Shown here: positions 1 to 11,019 of the stretch, in pieces
Layout of the letters: each line of letters starts with the position of its first letter
How positions within the stretch are numbered: position 1 is the stretch's first letter
Translations under genes and position numbers: made by a program
Source: Catajapyx aquilonaris
Taxonomy: Eukaryota
Direction: 5' to 3'
Assembly (NCBI GenBank): GCA_000934665.2
Contig: JYFJ02002745.1
Span: 1 to 51,793 of the forward strand
DNA length: 51,793 nt
The notes under the pieces: generated by a model
Told to the model about the DNA's origin: nothing
What the model saw: only the letters and a program-made list of their open reading frames with translations
Database searches by the model: none

Positions 1-749
1 CTCAGTGTTGGGCTCAAAGTGGGACAGAGTCGCAATGCTCGGAGGGGGAAACACCGTCGGTCGTCCGTCGTCGGATCCACTGACACACTTTCGCACTACG
101 CCACAAAGGGTATTTGGGCTGTTTCGTTTGGATGCGCGGGGTTTTTTTTTTCAAGCGTGGACCAGAGGGTGTTGAGGGTCAGGAGGTCAAGGTCAGCTGT
201 GGGGGGGTTGACAGTTGTAATGCAGAAATGCTGGTTGGATCACGTGATCAGGGGCTGTCGATATTTGCGGGAGATGTAATCATCGATCTTGCACTTTAAA
301 GCACACTATATGGATTGTGCCAACAGACCTCGGGGGGAGGGGGGGGGGATGATGATGATGATGATGTTAAAATATCCCATCATCAATGACGGTGGTACAC
401 TACTGTTCCGCGTGGCTTACCAAGAGGAAGGTTTAAAATATCTCTGACTCACAATGTATTCACCGTTTCAGTAGTGCAATCCACTCGGCGTGATGCACCT
501 GTTTGGCTGAGCCTGTCTGGGAAGGAGATGGGGTGGCGGTGAAGGGAACCTGGCCTGAAGGATGCGACCCAGAGTGTCTCACCTTCAGCCTGCCTTCAGA
601 GCCCATCATTATCAGCAGCACAAGAGACGCAGGAGAACTGGTAATTGTGTTTGTCGGAGTGTCTGTGGTTGGTGGCGGTTAGGTGGCGTCGGTAGTGCGG
701 GTTGTGGCGGAATTTTGAGCCGCAGAACTTGTCACCACCTTCGTCCCAA

Positions 750-3700
750 ATGCTCGTTTGGTGGGGGCAGGGAGAAGAGTGGCGCCATCAACAAAGTCGG
801 ACCAACAACTTGCTGGTGCCAATGGTGTCGTTCAGTGTGGACCCGCAGATGTGCGGGATGCTCTTTTCCATCTGCCAGCGACACGAGAGACCGTCTACTT
901 TCATGCCCCTGGCGTCCGACCCCTTCCAGACCTGTGATGCACCACCACCAAGCTTGCTGGCCTTAGCATCCAGTGTTGGGTGCAACCTGTGTGGTCTTTC
1001 AACTGTTGCTGCATGGGCACCTGTGCTTGAATCAGGTATGTCTTTAATTTTGGCAGAGTACTACATAACTGAATGTTTCAAAATCACTCTGCTTAAGCAG
1101 GTGACATCAATTATTGAAGTGTCATGATTGTATAAGGAGTAGTATTCTGAAGTACAGTAGTAATAATTATTTACTGATTTTACAGTGAAGGTTACTGGCG
1201 TCCTTGTCTTGGTTGGTGTGGGCAGTTTCGCCTGCTATCGCCTGTACCACTATGTCAGGCCCCGACTTCGGACACCTGCAAACGAATCTTCACATTCCCG
1301 GGACTCCTCCCCGCCACCACCACCACGATTGCCCCCAAAGAGGACGTGGTCGTGGACCCAAAGGGCACAGAGAGTTATCTCGTTCTTCATGGATGAGGGT
1401 CACCTCATCCAAGATGTGGATGAGGTTGAAGATGACGATGTTGATATGATTCAGGTCAGTGATTAAATGCATTGAACTGTAAATTAGTTGTAAGATGCTC
1501 ATAATTATCCTAGTCTGAGGCAAGTCACTTACATAGTGGCATGAAATTGCTTTCAAAGATATTGTAGTCAATTTTATACAAATATAAACTTACTTCCAAC
1601 ACTGCTGCAGCTTTTCCTGCAATGGAACATGATTCGTGCGCAATTTCTAGAAATTGGGGTCAGACAAGTTGAAGCTCTTGTTTCTAACAGCCTCCAGTAT
1701 TGATCTTGCAGAGAAGTATGTGAAAGCTTAGATGGTATCGTGGAAGTCAATGGGAGGAAATGTAAATGTGGGTAGCTGCAGTTATGCGAGCTGGCAGCAA
1801 GCCCCAGACTTAAAATCTGTCTCCATCTTGTTGTTTCCCACTTTGTCATTTCTAAATAAAGTCTCCTAGGTTAGTGAGAATGGGTAAGGGGGATTAACCC
1901 CCAAGTAGTGCAGGCTATTTTCAAAGAGTGTGCTTGAGGAAGGTGTAGTGATGCCAAAGTTATCGTTACTTTCTCATGCAGGACAACTTCCGCACTCTTA
2001 ATTATGATGATGTTGATCTTTAACCCCTGATGTATGGCATTTAATAATTTATTAACATTAAGTTCATGTTTTGCCCATTTTGACATCATTCAAATCCATG
2101 CATAGTGAAGCCGGAGAATTATTAAGTTGCAAGTGTTTTACAATATAATTACGATCAACTTTTAGAGTGGAAATATATCCCCTAGTGAAATGGGTCATTT
2201 TGTCAGTTTCTGCTGCATCCAGGTGAAGGGTTGTAAAAAATGAAGTGTAGAAATGACATTTCCAAGCCTTTTAATTTCATACAATTAGGAAAATCAGCGA
2301 AACATTTTAAAATAAAAGTATGTAATTTTTTTGTGTGTGGCTCTTAAAATCCCTCCCATTCCCATGCGACTATCTGTCACTCTGGTGTCAATTCCCACCC
2401 ATCCATACTAACAGGACATACTAATGGACAACCCCTAGAGGTGATAATATTCAATAACTGTTTCCATCTTTTCAGGGGAGGTACTTTGGACCTAAAACTG
2501 TTGATGATGACTGCTACAGTTGCTGCTCATCATTCCTGGTGAGCAATTCCAATAGCCTTGATAGCCGAAGCTACTCTGCTGATGCGAGTGCCTCAAACAC
2601 TAATGGTGAAGGGGTAAGACGCTGTTATGCTGTTTATTATACTGTACTGCAGGGGGGGGGGGGGGGGTGTCAGTATTTGGAAACGAGTAGGACCTGTCTA
2701 GAGCTTTCCCAACCTCATTACTTCCTAAGGAGAGATACCTGCATTGCAATATTGTGTGTGAAGGATGAAGTGGGAAACGTTGAAGGCTACAAATGTGTCT
2801 GTGGCATATGTCTAGTACTGTAATTTGTAAGCAGCTGATGTCAGCCATTTCCATGATGGGTGTGACAGTGCAAAAGATAAGCAGAGGTCCCAAAAAAACA
2901 TGCACATTCGTAGCAGATAACTGTCCGTATTTCATCCGTCATCCACGTTTGCGATGGGTATCTGTTCCTCATCATGTCTTGTGGTGTAATAAGGCAGGGC
3001 ACTCCAGCCAGGGCCTGCTCATTTCTGACTACTGCTGTGCATGGGCACAACATGCACATTCAAGGCCAACCATCACTCTTCATAATACTTGTTATAAGGA
3101 TGCCTCTCCCAGTAGGCATACATTTTTTTTTCCCCCTTCTCAGTCAATCAAGTTATAAAAATATACCTGAAACTTGTTTTTGGACTTTATTTCTACTGAA
3201 GTGGGTAATATGCGACGCTTAAGATTGGGCATGAACTACCATTGCCATCAAATTTGAAAAAAGAAAAAAAAACCTTTACCATTAAATTTTTTTCATAGGC
3301 CAATTCAAAACTGGAAAATTGATAATTTGTCAATTTCACACCCTGACTTCTACAACTCTAAAAGAGAGAAGTAAACGTTGAATTTCACTTTTGATTCTGA
3401 TATTATTTCCTATGATTTCTGCTTTAAAAATTTGCATGCAGAGGCTAAATCAATCTTGGAGCACATCTTTTCTGCATGAGCATCCTTTCTTCTTCTTTGA
3501 CCAACCTGTAGTTTGTGGAGGTATGGTGAATATAGAAAAAAAGACACGTATTACACATCACAGCATAAGTGAGGTGCATTTCCACAGTTGGAGAGTTGAT
3601 CTTTTAAAATTCAGAAAGTCTGTAAAAACATGCAGTCATGAAACATAGTAACTTAGACTGTACTTAAGGTGAGTTGAGTTCCATTCGTGTGTACAATAAA

Positions 3701-6700
3701 AAATGAGCCTGTTGAGTGATTGCCAGCTGGATGTTCAACCAGCCTCGCGCTAGGTTTCTGATGTCAAGAACATGTCTCTCTTCCCTAGGAATGCACCTCG
3801 GATGATGCTGCAAGTCTTGCTTCAGGCAGCACCTTTCCCACCCTTCTCCCCGTCTGGCAAGGCACAGTGGCATGCGAGCCACCTCCCCAACACCCTTCCA
3901 ACCACCCACAACAGCCATCTACCTGCCACCGCTACAACTCTACCCCCAACACACCCCCTTCGCAGCTGTGCCAACACAAGCAGAAGATGGTGTCCTCAGA
4001 GCCTGTGATGGAACCCTCCTACAAGCCCTCTCGCCGGAGTGGTCTGAGGGACATACCTGTGGAAGGCAGGGAGGTCAAGCGGCAGCCTCCTGAAGGTGCA
4101 GAAATGAATCTCCTCAAGAGGAGTATGACCTTGCCCATTGACAGAGACCTCGTCAATCTGTATTCGCGGTAAGCTCACTCTTGCTGGATTCTTGATCTGT
4201 TGTGCCAGTCCAGGCCTGTGATACCTTCATCAGCATGCTGTCCACCACATGTACTGATTTGTTGTTGTTGTTTTTTTGCAAAAGTTGCATATATTCTAAA
4301 TGCAAAGCGTATGTTGCAGAAGTAAGTTATGTGCCCACAATGATATAACACCAAAATGCTAGCAATTGAATGTAACACACAAATGGGGTTTTAAAACCAT
4401 TTATTATTTTCAGGCGTGGTTCAGGTTGCTGTGGTCCCCGCAGTCTGGAAAGTATAGGTTCTGACTCAGGTCCATCGGAAATGTTCTTGTCAGACACTAA
4501 TCTGAAGCGCTTCCTACGTGAGAACTCCCTAGACAGCCTCTGCTCAGATGTGAGTTGGGACCTATCAATCCAGGATGAGCTGGGAGAGACCACATTGGCC
4601 TACCTTGAGAGACTGCAGTCTGAGATTGACCGACTGAAGAACAACTGTTACAAAATGGAGGATGATGTCGAGTCCCTGAAATTTTGTGAGGAGGAGGAAG
4701 ATGAGTCAGAGGAGGTCAAGGAGGAGCCAGATCAAGTAGGTGAGATCAAAGAGCCCAAAAAGAAGAAGAAGAAGAAGAAGTCTGTACATCCAGCACTGTC
4801 CAAGAGCACAATAGTGGGAATGTACAAGCTGTCTGCTATCAGTACCAGCTTGTCTGAGTCTGACCTAGAGAATGCCACTGGGCTAGAATGGGATTCTCCA
4901 TTGCATGGTGCTGCATCTCAGGCATCAGCAGCCTGCATGGATACACCGCAGAGCCTGGAATGGGATGATGAAGGGCTCTCGGACTTCCCACCAGAGGAAG
5001 ATCTTCCAAACCCAATGTCTCATGCTGATGTTGGGAAAAGTTCAACTCCCGCCAGCACTGTATTTCAAGGGTGGTGCTCAGAAGAATCAGGATTCATGGA
5101 GGCAATGGAGATATCGTGTACAACAGTAGAGTCACCAACTAGCCTCTCGATATCATCCAGTGAGGCATCGTCATACCCAAGCCCTTGCTCAGTTCCAGAA
5201 ACACCAGACAACAACAATGCACCTCATCTGTATAGTGTCAGCCCAAAGTACAGCATAATTGCCTATTCTGAAAGTGAGTGGCGTGGTAACACACCAAAAG
5301 CACACACAATGCTGCAAGGCTACTGTGAGATCCCCACACGCTTTGGCTTACGCCACCTGCGCCAGATACGTGGTGATAACTACTGTGCACTTCGCGCTGT
5401 GTTATTCCAGATGTTGGCCCTTCCGTCGGCACCCTTGCTCCCGAGTGGTAGTGCCACCTATGAGAAGTTACATGATGCCTTGAAGTCTGGATGCCACTGG
5501 CTTTACAACTGGACATTTGCTAAGCGATTGCCTTATACAGGAGCAAGGGTGTGGGAAGGGATTGAGGCGTGCCTCTCTGAGTGGGACAAGGCGTTGTCAA
5601 CCATGGGGCATGCAGATGGTAAGACAAGCAAGGAGGAGAAGGTGGCTGCATTGTTGAACTTTGGGGAAGAGAGAGACTGCATGTTGATGGAAGCAGTGAA
5701 GTTGCACATGCTGGCAGTGAGCTTGGAAATGCACAATGCCAACATGGGTGGACAGGATACGCCTCTGTTTGCAGTACTGCTGTTTGCAAGGAGAACATCT
5801 GAGACACCCAAGGATTTCATGGGGAATCATCTCAACGACGTTGGTAGTGGAGGGGGACTGGAGCAGGTGGGTGGTGTTCATGTATTCTTATGTCATTGGT
5901 CAAATATGTAAGAGTTGTGAGGGGTGTGGTGGAGAAATGTGATAACCATAATTTTTGTCATTTTTTGACCTAAACACCTGCAACTACGTAAAAGACATGA
6001 CAAACAGTTAGGTACACTCACAAGTTAACGCATCATGCACGAGATGGCCATATGAGCTAGATCAAAATGTGAATTCCCTATGATTTGTTAAGAGAATGCA
6101 AACTTCAATTTGCTCTCCTGAAAAATTACACTTTTGTGGGTTATCACCTTTTTTTACCACAACCCTCAGTTGATGTAGGTAATGTAAACTCACAGTATTA
6201 CTCATACATGTGGATCATTCTTGCCAATTTTAACAAATGGGAGCCTCTTAGAATAACACACAAGACTTTTAAAAATTGCCTTTCATGACATATTTTGAAG
6301 TCACATAATCCAAACCTTGTTCCTGATTCATGCAGGAACATGTTGACCTGCATGAATCAGGCACTTTATCCTAATATCATATGCCGTGGACAACTCAGTT
6401 TCAGGAATGAGGGCAATAAGCGGGATGCACGTGCCATAAGACAAGTCACTTAAACATAGGCACTAGTTTTTATCAACGTATTGGGTGTAATAATAATTAT
6501 CCAAGTAACAGCACCATGAGTGGAGCTGTCCTTTCATTCACACTTCCTGTCGTTTTCCATGCTTGTCAAACTCCAGGATTTGAACAAAGTGAGTCCTCAT
6601 TGCAGGATTTTTGGGCTTGCTATGCGACATGTTTCACGGTATCTTTCCCCTGCATCTTTTGCTACCATGCAATGTGAATATTCAAATGCCAGTGGTTGTG

Positions 6701-7299
6701 TTAATGTTGGGGGGGGGAAAAGAAAATGTACTTTTTCATTATGTTAGGAATCAATTCTGTCCTATAGGAGAGCACGAAATATTATGTAGAATCAAAATAT
6801 TATGCTATACCAAACCTAGAGACTGGTTGCAGCTGTTGTTTAATTTATTTAAAGATCATAAGGATGGCTCGTTATCAGTGACAGAGCAACGCTGCACTGT
6901 CGTGTCCTACTACAACGTCCACCAGCATTTGATCACATTCTGACCAGTCATCCTAAACTTTTTGCTCGGTGTAGTTCCTGTAGGACATCTAGGCAATAAC
7001 CACAGGCACTTGAGAAACCTACTTTTCATTGTCATGTATGTTTGAAATCCTGCTGATGTGAAATAGCCACACCTTGGATGTCCCCAAGTTATCAACACAA
7101 ACTCACATTGCCCTCTTGTCCACAGGTTGAGATGTACCTCCTGGGCCACACACTGTCGACTAACATCCTGGTGGTACGTCCCTCTGTCCATGGGCAGCCG
7201 GATTACCTCACCTACTACCCGGAGTGGAATGTAGAAGAGTGGCCCACTGTGGTGCTGGTAGCTGAAGATGACAGGCATTACAATGTTCTTGTGCCCTGA
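750..7299 (+). CDS. OTULIN: OTULIN/FAM105-family OTU deubiquitinase with long N-terminal extension (~899 aa). Exons 750-1035, 1186-1454, 2476-2613, 3789-4168, 4414-5866, 7126-7299
   Basis: C-terminal domain has RQIRGDNYCALRAVLFQ (catalytic Cys loop), GGLEQ|VEMYLLGHTL across the last intron, and AEDDRHYNV (His/Asn). All six exons have GT-AG ends with matching phases and total 2700 nt. The upstream four exons are less certain than the last two. Confidence 0.85.
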
Positions 7300-7863
7300 G
7301 TTGGCCAGGCAGGCCAATGTACAAAATCATGGAGAAAATAGAAAAAAGGGGTGGGAGAGGGCAGAGGATTGATAATAAAAAGACTTCCACTGCCACGCCT
7401 TTGAGGTCGAGATAGGCCACTGTCGATAGCAATAGTTCGGATCTGGTTGTGGGGGTGTGTGTGGGGTAGGATCAATCAGGTATTGAATGTCATACAGAGA
7501 GTCAGATCACCATTATTTTTTGGCTTCAAGATATTTTCATGTACCCCTCCCCTCATTTCCACCGTTCTGCCCTTTACTTCAGGCGATTTGAAAAGTATGG
7601 TTCCTAGAGTGAGTATTTTATTTTTCTCCCTGTTGATTACTATGCAACAGCTGAGAGCAAGAAAGTCACAAGCTACGTACACATGTGATGGCAGCAATAC
7701 AATACGCTTGTAGCCTCTGACATCAGCACAGAGCTAAAACAAGATCGATTAGGTAAGTTGTCCTCGGTTTCATCTTTATTTTCATTTCGCTACTGTTTAT
7801 GTACCAAACCATAAGTGTACTTTCGTGCATAATAAAAGTGCTATAAGATGTTATCCGTGTGGT

Positions 7864-8678
7864 TTATTGGGTTCCTGGGAATGGATCCAAGCGATTCTTC
7901 CTCAACAGGAACTGGATCTTGCGCGACATGTCTTCATTATAAATGGCCTTGCACTTCTCATAGTTGATTCGTCTTCGAAACTGAAATGATGGCACCATGT
8001 TATGTTGTAAATTCTCTTAATGTGTAGTGATTGTAAGATGTAAGCTGCTCATTGAAATCTATTGAAGGCAACATGAAGGGTCGCCCCGAATAATGTTGCA
8101 AGTGATTATTGTAACCCATGTCACTTACAACATTATTCGGGGAGACCCTTCACTATATAGAGAGTGAAGTGCACAAGGCGTATTCATATGATTCAGTTGA
8201 ACCACAAAATCACAACCCGAATAACTCCACTCATGTCAGTATCCTCATTGTTCCACCATTTATTTGGTGACAAAAAAAGGACTTGCATTTCTGGGGTTAG
8301 GGGATATAAAAGAGGACTTTGTCATTTCTCACAACTAATTGCACCCCAGCTGTGCTTTTCAGTTCGCTAGAACAGCTTCTTGTGATTAAAGATCACTTAC
8401 GAAACTAAGTGGCTGTGCGAATACTCTGTTATTCAGAGTGATGTGAACGAAAAATATGAATCTTACCAGAAAAGGCTTCTCGTAATAACGGGTCCTCCGA
8501 TACTGATCCAGAAACCCTTCCTGGCCCATGATCCTGCAAGATGTCAGTGTATGAGTAACCTGTGATAAAAGCGTTGCTCAAGTTATTACCTGTTGATGCC
8601 CCTCATGGCCTCTTCAACATTGCCATTGCGAACCAACACTGTCCTAGCAATGAAGGTTGCATGCCTGAGTGCACCCAT
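7864..8678 (-). CDS. MRPS21: 28S mitochondrial ribosomal protein S21 (90 aa). Exons 8678-8590, 8533-8467, 7980-7864
   Basis: Spliced translation [90 protein letters not shown] matches the MRPS21 pattern (FIARTV..GNVE, RYYEKP, RKI.FL.RKNR.DP). Canonical splice sites. Too fragmented for the ORF track. Confidence 0.95.
8074..8152. repeat. Near-perfect inverted repeat (32-bp arms, 15-nt loop) in an MRPS21 intron
   Basis: TGAAGGGTCGCCCCGAATAATGTTGCAAGTGA (8074-8105) versus TCACTTACAACATTATTCGGGGAGACCCTTCA (8121-8152), 2 differences. Confidence 0.85.
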
Positions 8679-9104
8679 GTTCAGTACCTCTTTGTACTGC
8701 AACTTCTGAAATAAATGCCATCATAAGTACATGGCACGAATAGCAGATACGAGTCAACAAGATCTGTCGGACATGCTCTTTTCCTGTGGTCTGTGCATGT
8801 CGGATCAAACCGTACTGTACATGTCCCTAAACTTCGAATGAAACCATGAGAAAACTAATCATGTATATCGTGCAGTGTGCACGAATCTCGGCACGAATGG
8901 TGTGTTCCTGTCCTATTTTCAACCTAAAAATACTCTCCGACTCTACCGTCTGTTACTATTGTCCGAAATTTGATGACCTTTGTGCCTACAATCAGAAGGC
9001 AAATGGACAACACCTGCAAGTGCAATTTTGATTACCTGCGTTAAGTATGACCCAGTATGACCACAAAATAAATAAATAATCCTTCTCGATTCCGTTCACA
9101 CCGC

Positions 9105-9116
9105 CGCCATGTTGGA
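9105..9116 (-). promoter_or_regulatory. YY1/Pho-type motif near the presumed MRPS21 transcription start
   Basis: CGCCATGTTGGA (core GCCATnTT) just upstream of a minus-strand 5'UTR donor near 9034. The identical 12-mer occurs upstream of GANP. Confidence 0.5.
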
Positions 9117-10218
9117 TCAGTGCTACCAACTGCTACTCCACAAACCGCAGAATTAGGTACAATAATTATAATTTAACATTATTTGATCGCACATTACACT
9201 AATTTCAGTAGTACTGCTTCATAATAAGTCCTTGCATATTAATTAGACAAGTACATGTTGGCCACCCTCCCGGCGGCATGATTGACGCCTGCAGCTGCTG
9301 CTGTTGTACAATTTTTTTCTCTCTCTCTCTCCACAAATTGGTCTTGTGTCAGATGGTGTGGGAGGGACTGCTGCAACCACGGCTGCAACGCTGATGAGGT
9401 GCAGTATAATATTCATATCTCCTGCATGTGGACACGGGCCAGCAGCAAGGCGGAAACAGCTGCATTATACTCTGAGAAGCCGCGATTCAAGCCGCACACT
9501 CGCAGGTGTTTCTATGTAGGTCAACCGATCATCAAATTAGCCGATGATACAGTTGCTGTACCTGAAGCAATGGAAGGACAACCGCTCAAAATATTTATCA
9601 TCTCCATATTCTTCCCAAATGAAGCCCCCTTATCATGTGTACTGTACCGGTGAGCACCCGATTTCATTTGATAAGATACCACAAATGTGCCAGATGGCAT
9701 CATATTTTCTTAAAATATCACCACGTTAAAAGACTTCTGAAGGTCAGTCCTGATGTCTTTTGCCCGCATTATACGCAGAGTAAACCGAATTTTGTTGGTG
9801 CCGTTGCCCTCTCTTGGCAATCGATAGTCCTTGCTCTTGTGGGAGGTGTGTGTGGGGGAGAACCACGGGTTCCCGTCAACGAGCATTACCCCATCCAGAA
9901 AAAGGTTTTTTGGCAAAGAGGGAGGAAGACACTGGGATCCACGCCAGACAAACACCAACTCCTTATAACACACTCTCAATGACATATACACTCAAAGTTC
10001 GCTGAGCCCCCATATCCCCCATCCCTCCCAATCCCATGCTCCAAAACCAGAAGGTAGAAGCACCAGCCAGAAGCCAGACCCACAGTGTCACTCACGTCTA
10101 AATCTGTCATTTTGTCTGCCATTTTAAGGTGAGTTTTTTTTGCGACATGATGTACCGCACGTGCTTTTGTCACCGCTTTTTGTGCTGTATTGTACCGGTT
10201 CCCCACGTGCCGCTGTAT

Positions 10219-10308
10219 CGACCAGTACCAGGCACGGTTTTTGTTTGTGGTATACCAAGTAATACCACCCTGTATAGCACAAACAAAAACCGTGCCTGGT
10301 ACTGGTCG
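10219..10308. repeat. Inverted repeat with 37-bp arms (possible MITE remnant)
   Basis: CGACCAGTACCAGGCACGGTTTTTGTTTGTGGTATAC (10219-10255) and GTATAGCACAAACAAAAACCGTGCCTGGTACTGGTCG (10272-10308), one mismatch. Confidence 0.8.
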
Positions 10309-10612
10309 GTACTGGGTATAAGGGTCGGTACCTGTTATTTCCGAATAACTACAGTGTATGGGTAGGTCGAGCAGTATACTGCACGGTATTGATTTGTGGC
10401 GGAAAGTAGGGGAAATGCGGATCAATCGCATACCAGACAAGGAAGTAGTAAGCCTGAGCACGGTTTTTGCGCCTGGTCGGCAGCAACCAGCCTAGCGGTC
10501 ACCTAGTTTCAGGATACGCTATTTTCTGAAGGGAAAAAAAACTGCACTGGGGTTACAGTAAGTGGTTTCAACTATTGCCGCAGGATAGAGTGCATTGTTC
10601 ATACCGCGATAT

Positions 10613-10809
10613 TTTATTTTAATTTAATTTATTTATACCCCATTGGGGGAATCGGCGCTCAATTAGGGGGGTGGAGTACCACCATTGGATGGGGCCAAGG
10701 ATAGGGAAGGAAGTGGCCTATTATACGGAAACAACCCCGGAATTATCCTGGGAGGACCATTGAAAACCTTGCCGACCCCGGGATTCGAACCCAGGACCTC
10801 CCAACTTGG
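10613..10809 (-). mobile_element. 5'-truncated tRNA-type SINE with 16-bp target-site duplication
   Basis: Direct repeat GTTCATACCGCGATAT at 10597-10612 and 10810-10825. Pol III B-box GGTTCGAATCC on the minus strand (10782-10792). A-rich tail at ~10613-10636. Confidence 0.8.
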
Positions 10810-11019
10810 GTTCATACCGCGATATGAAGGTCACTTAATTACCCTAATGCTGTATGACCCCAATGTTAATGATCTACACCGGAAGAGGAGCGGCTGGGGT
10901 GCGGCCTTAGTCTAAGTTGGGCCTGTTTTTTTCGTCCACTCTTTTTTCGTCTTACTTTTTTTTATATATGGTTTCTGTTAATTTCAGGAGGAACCGACCC
11001 TCCTGAGGACACAAACGAG

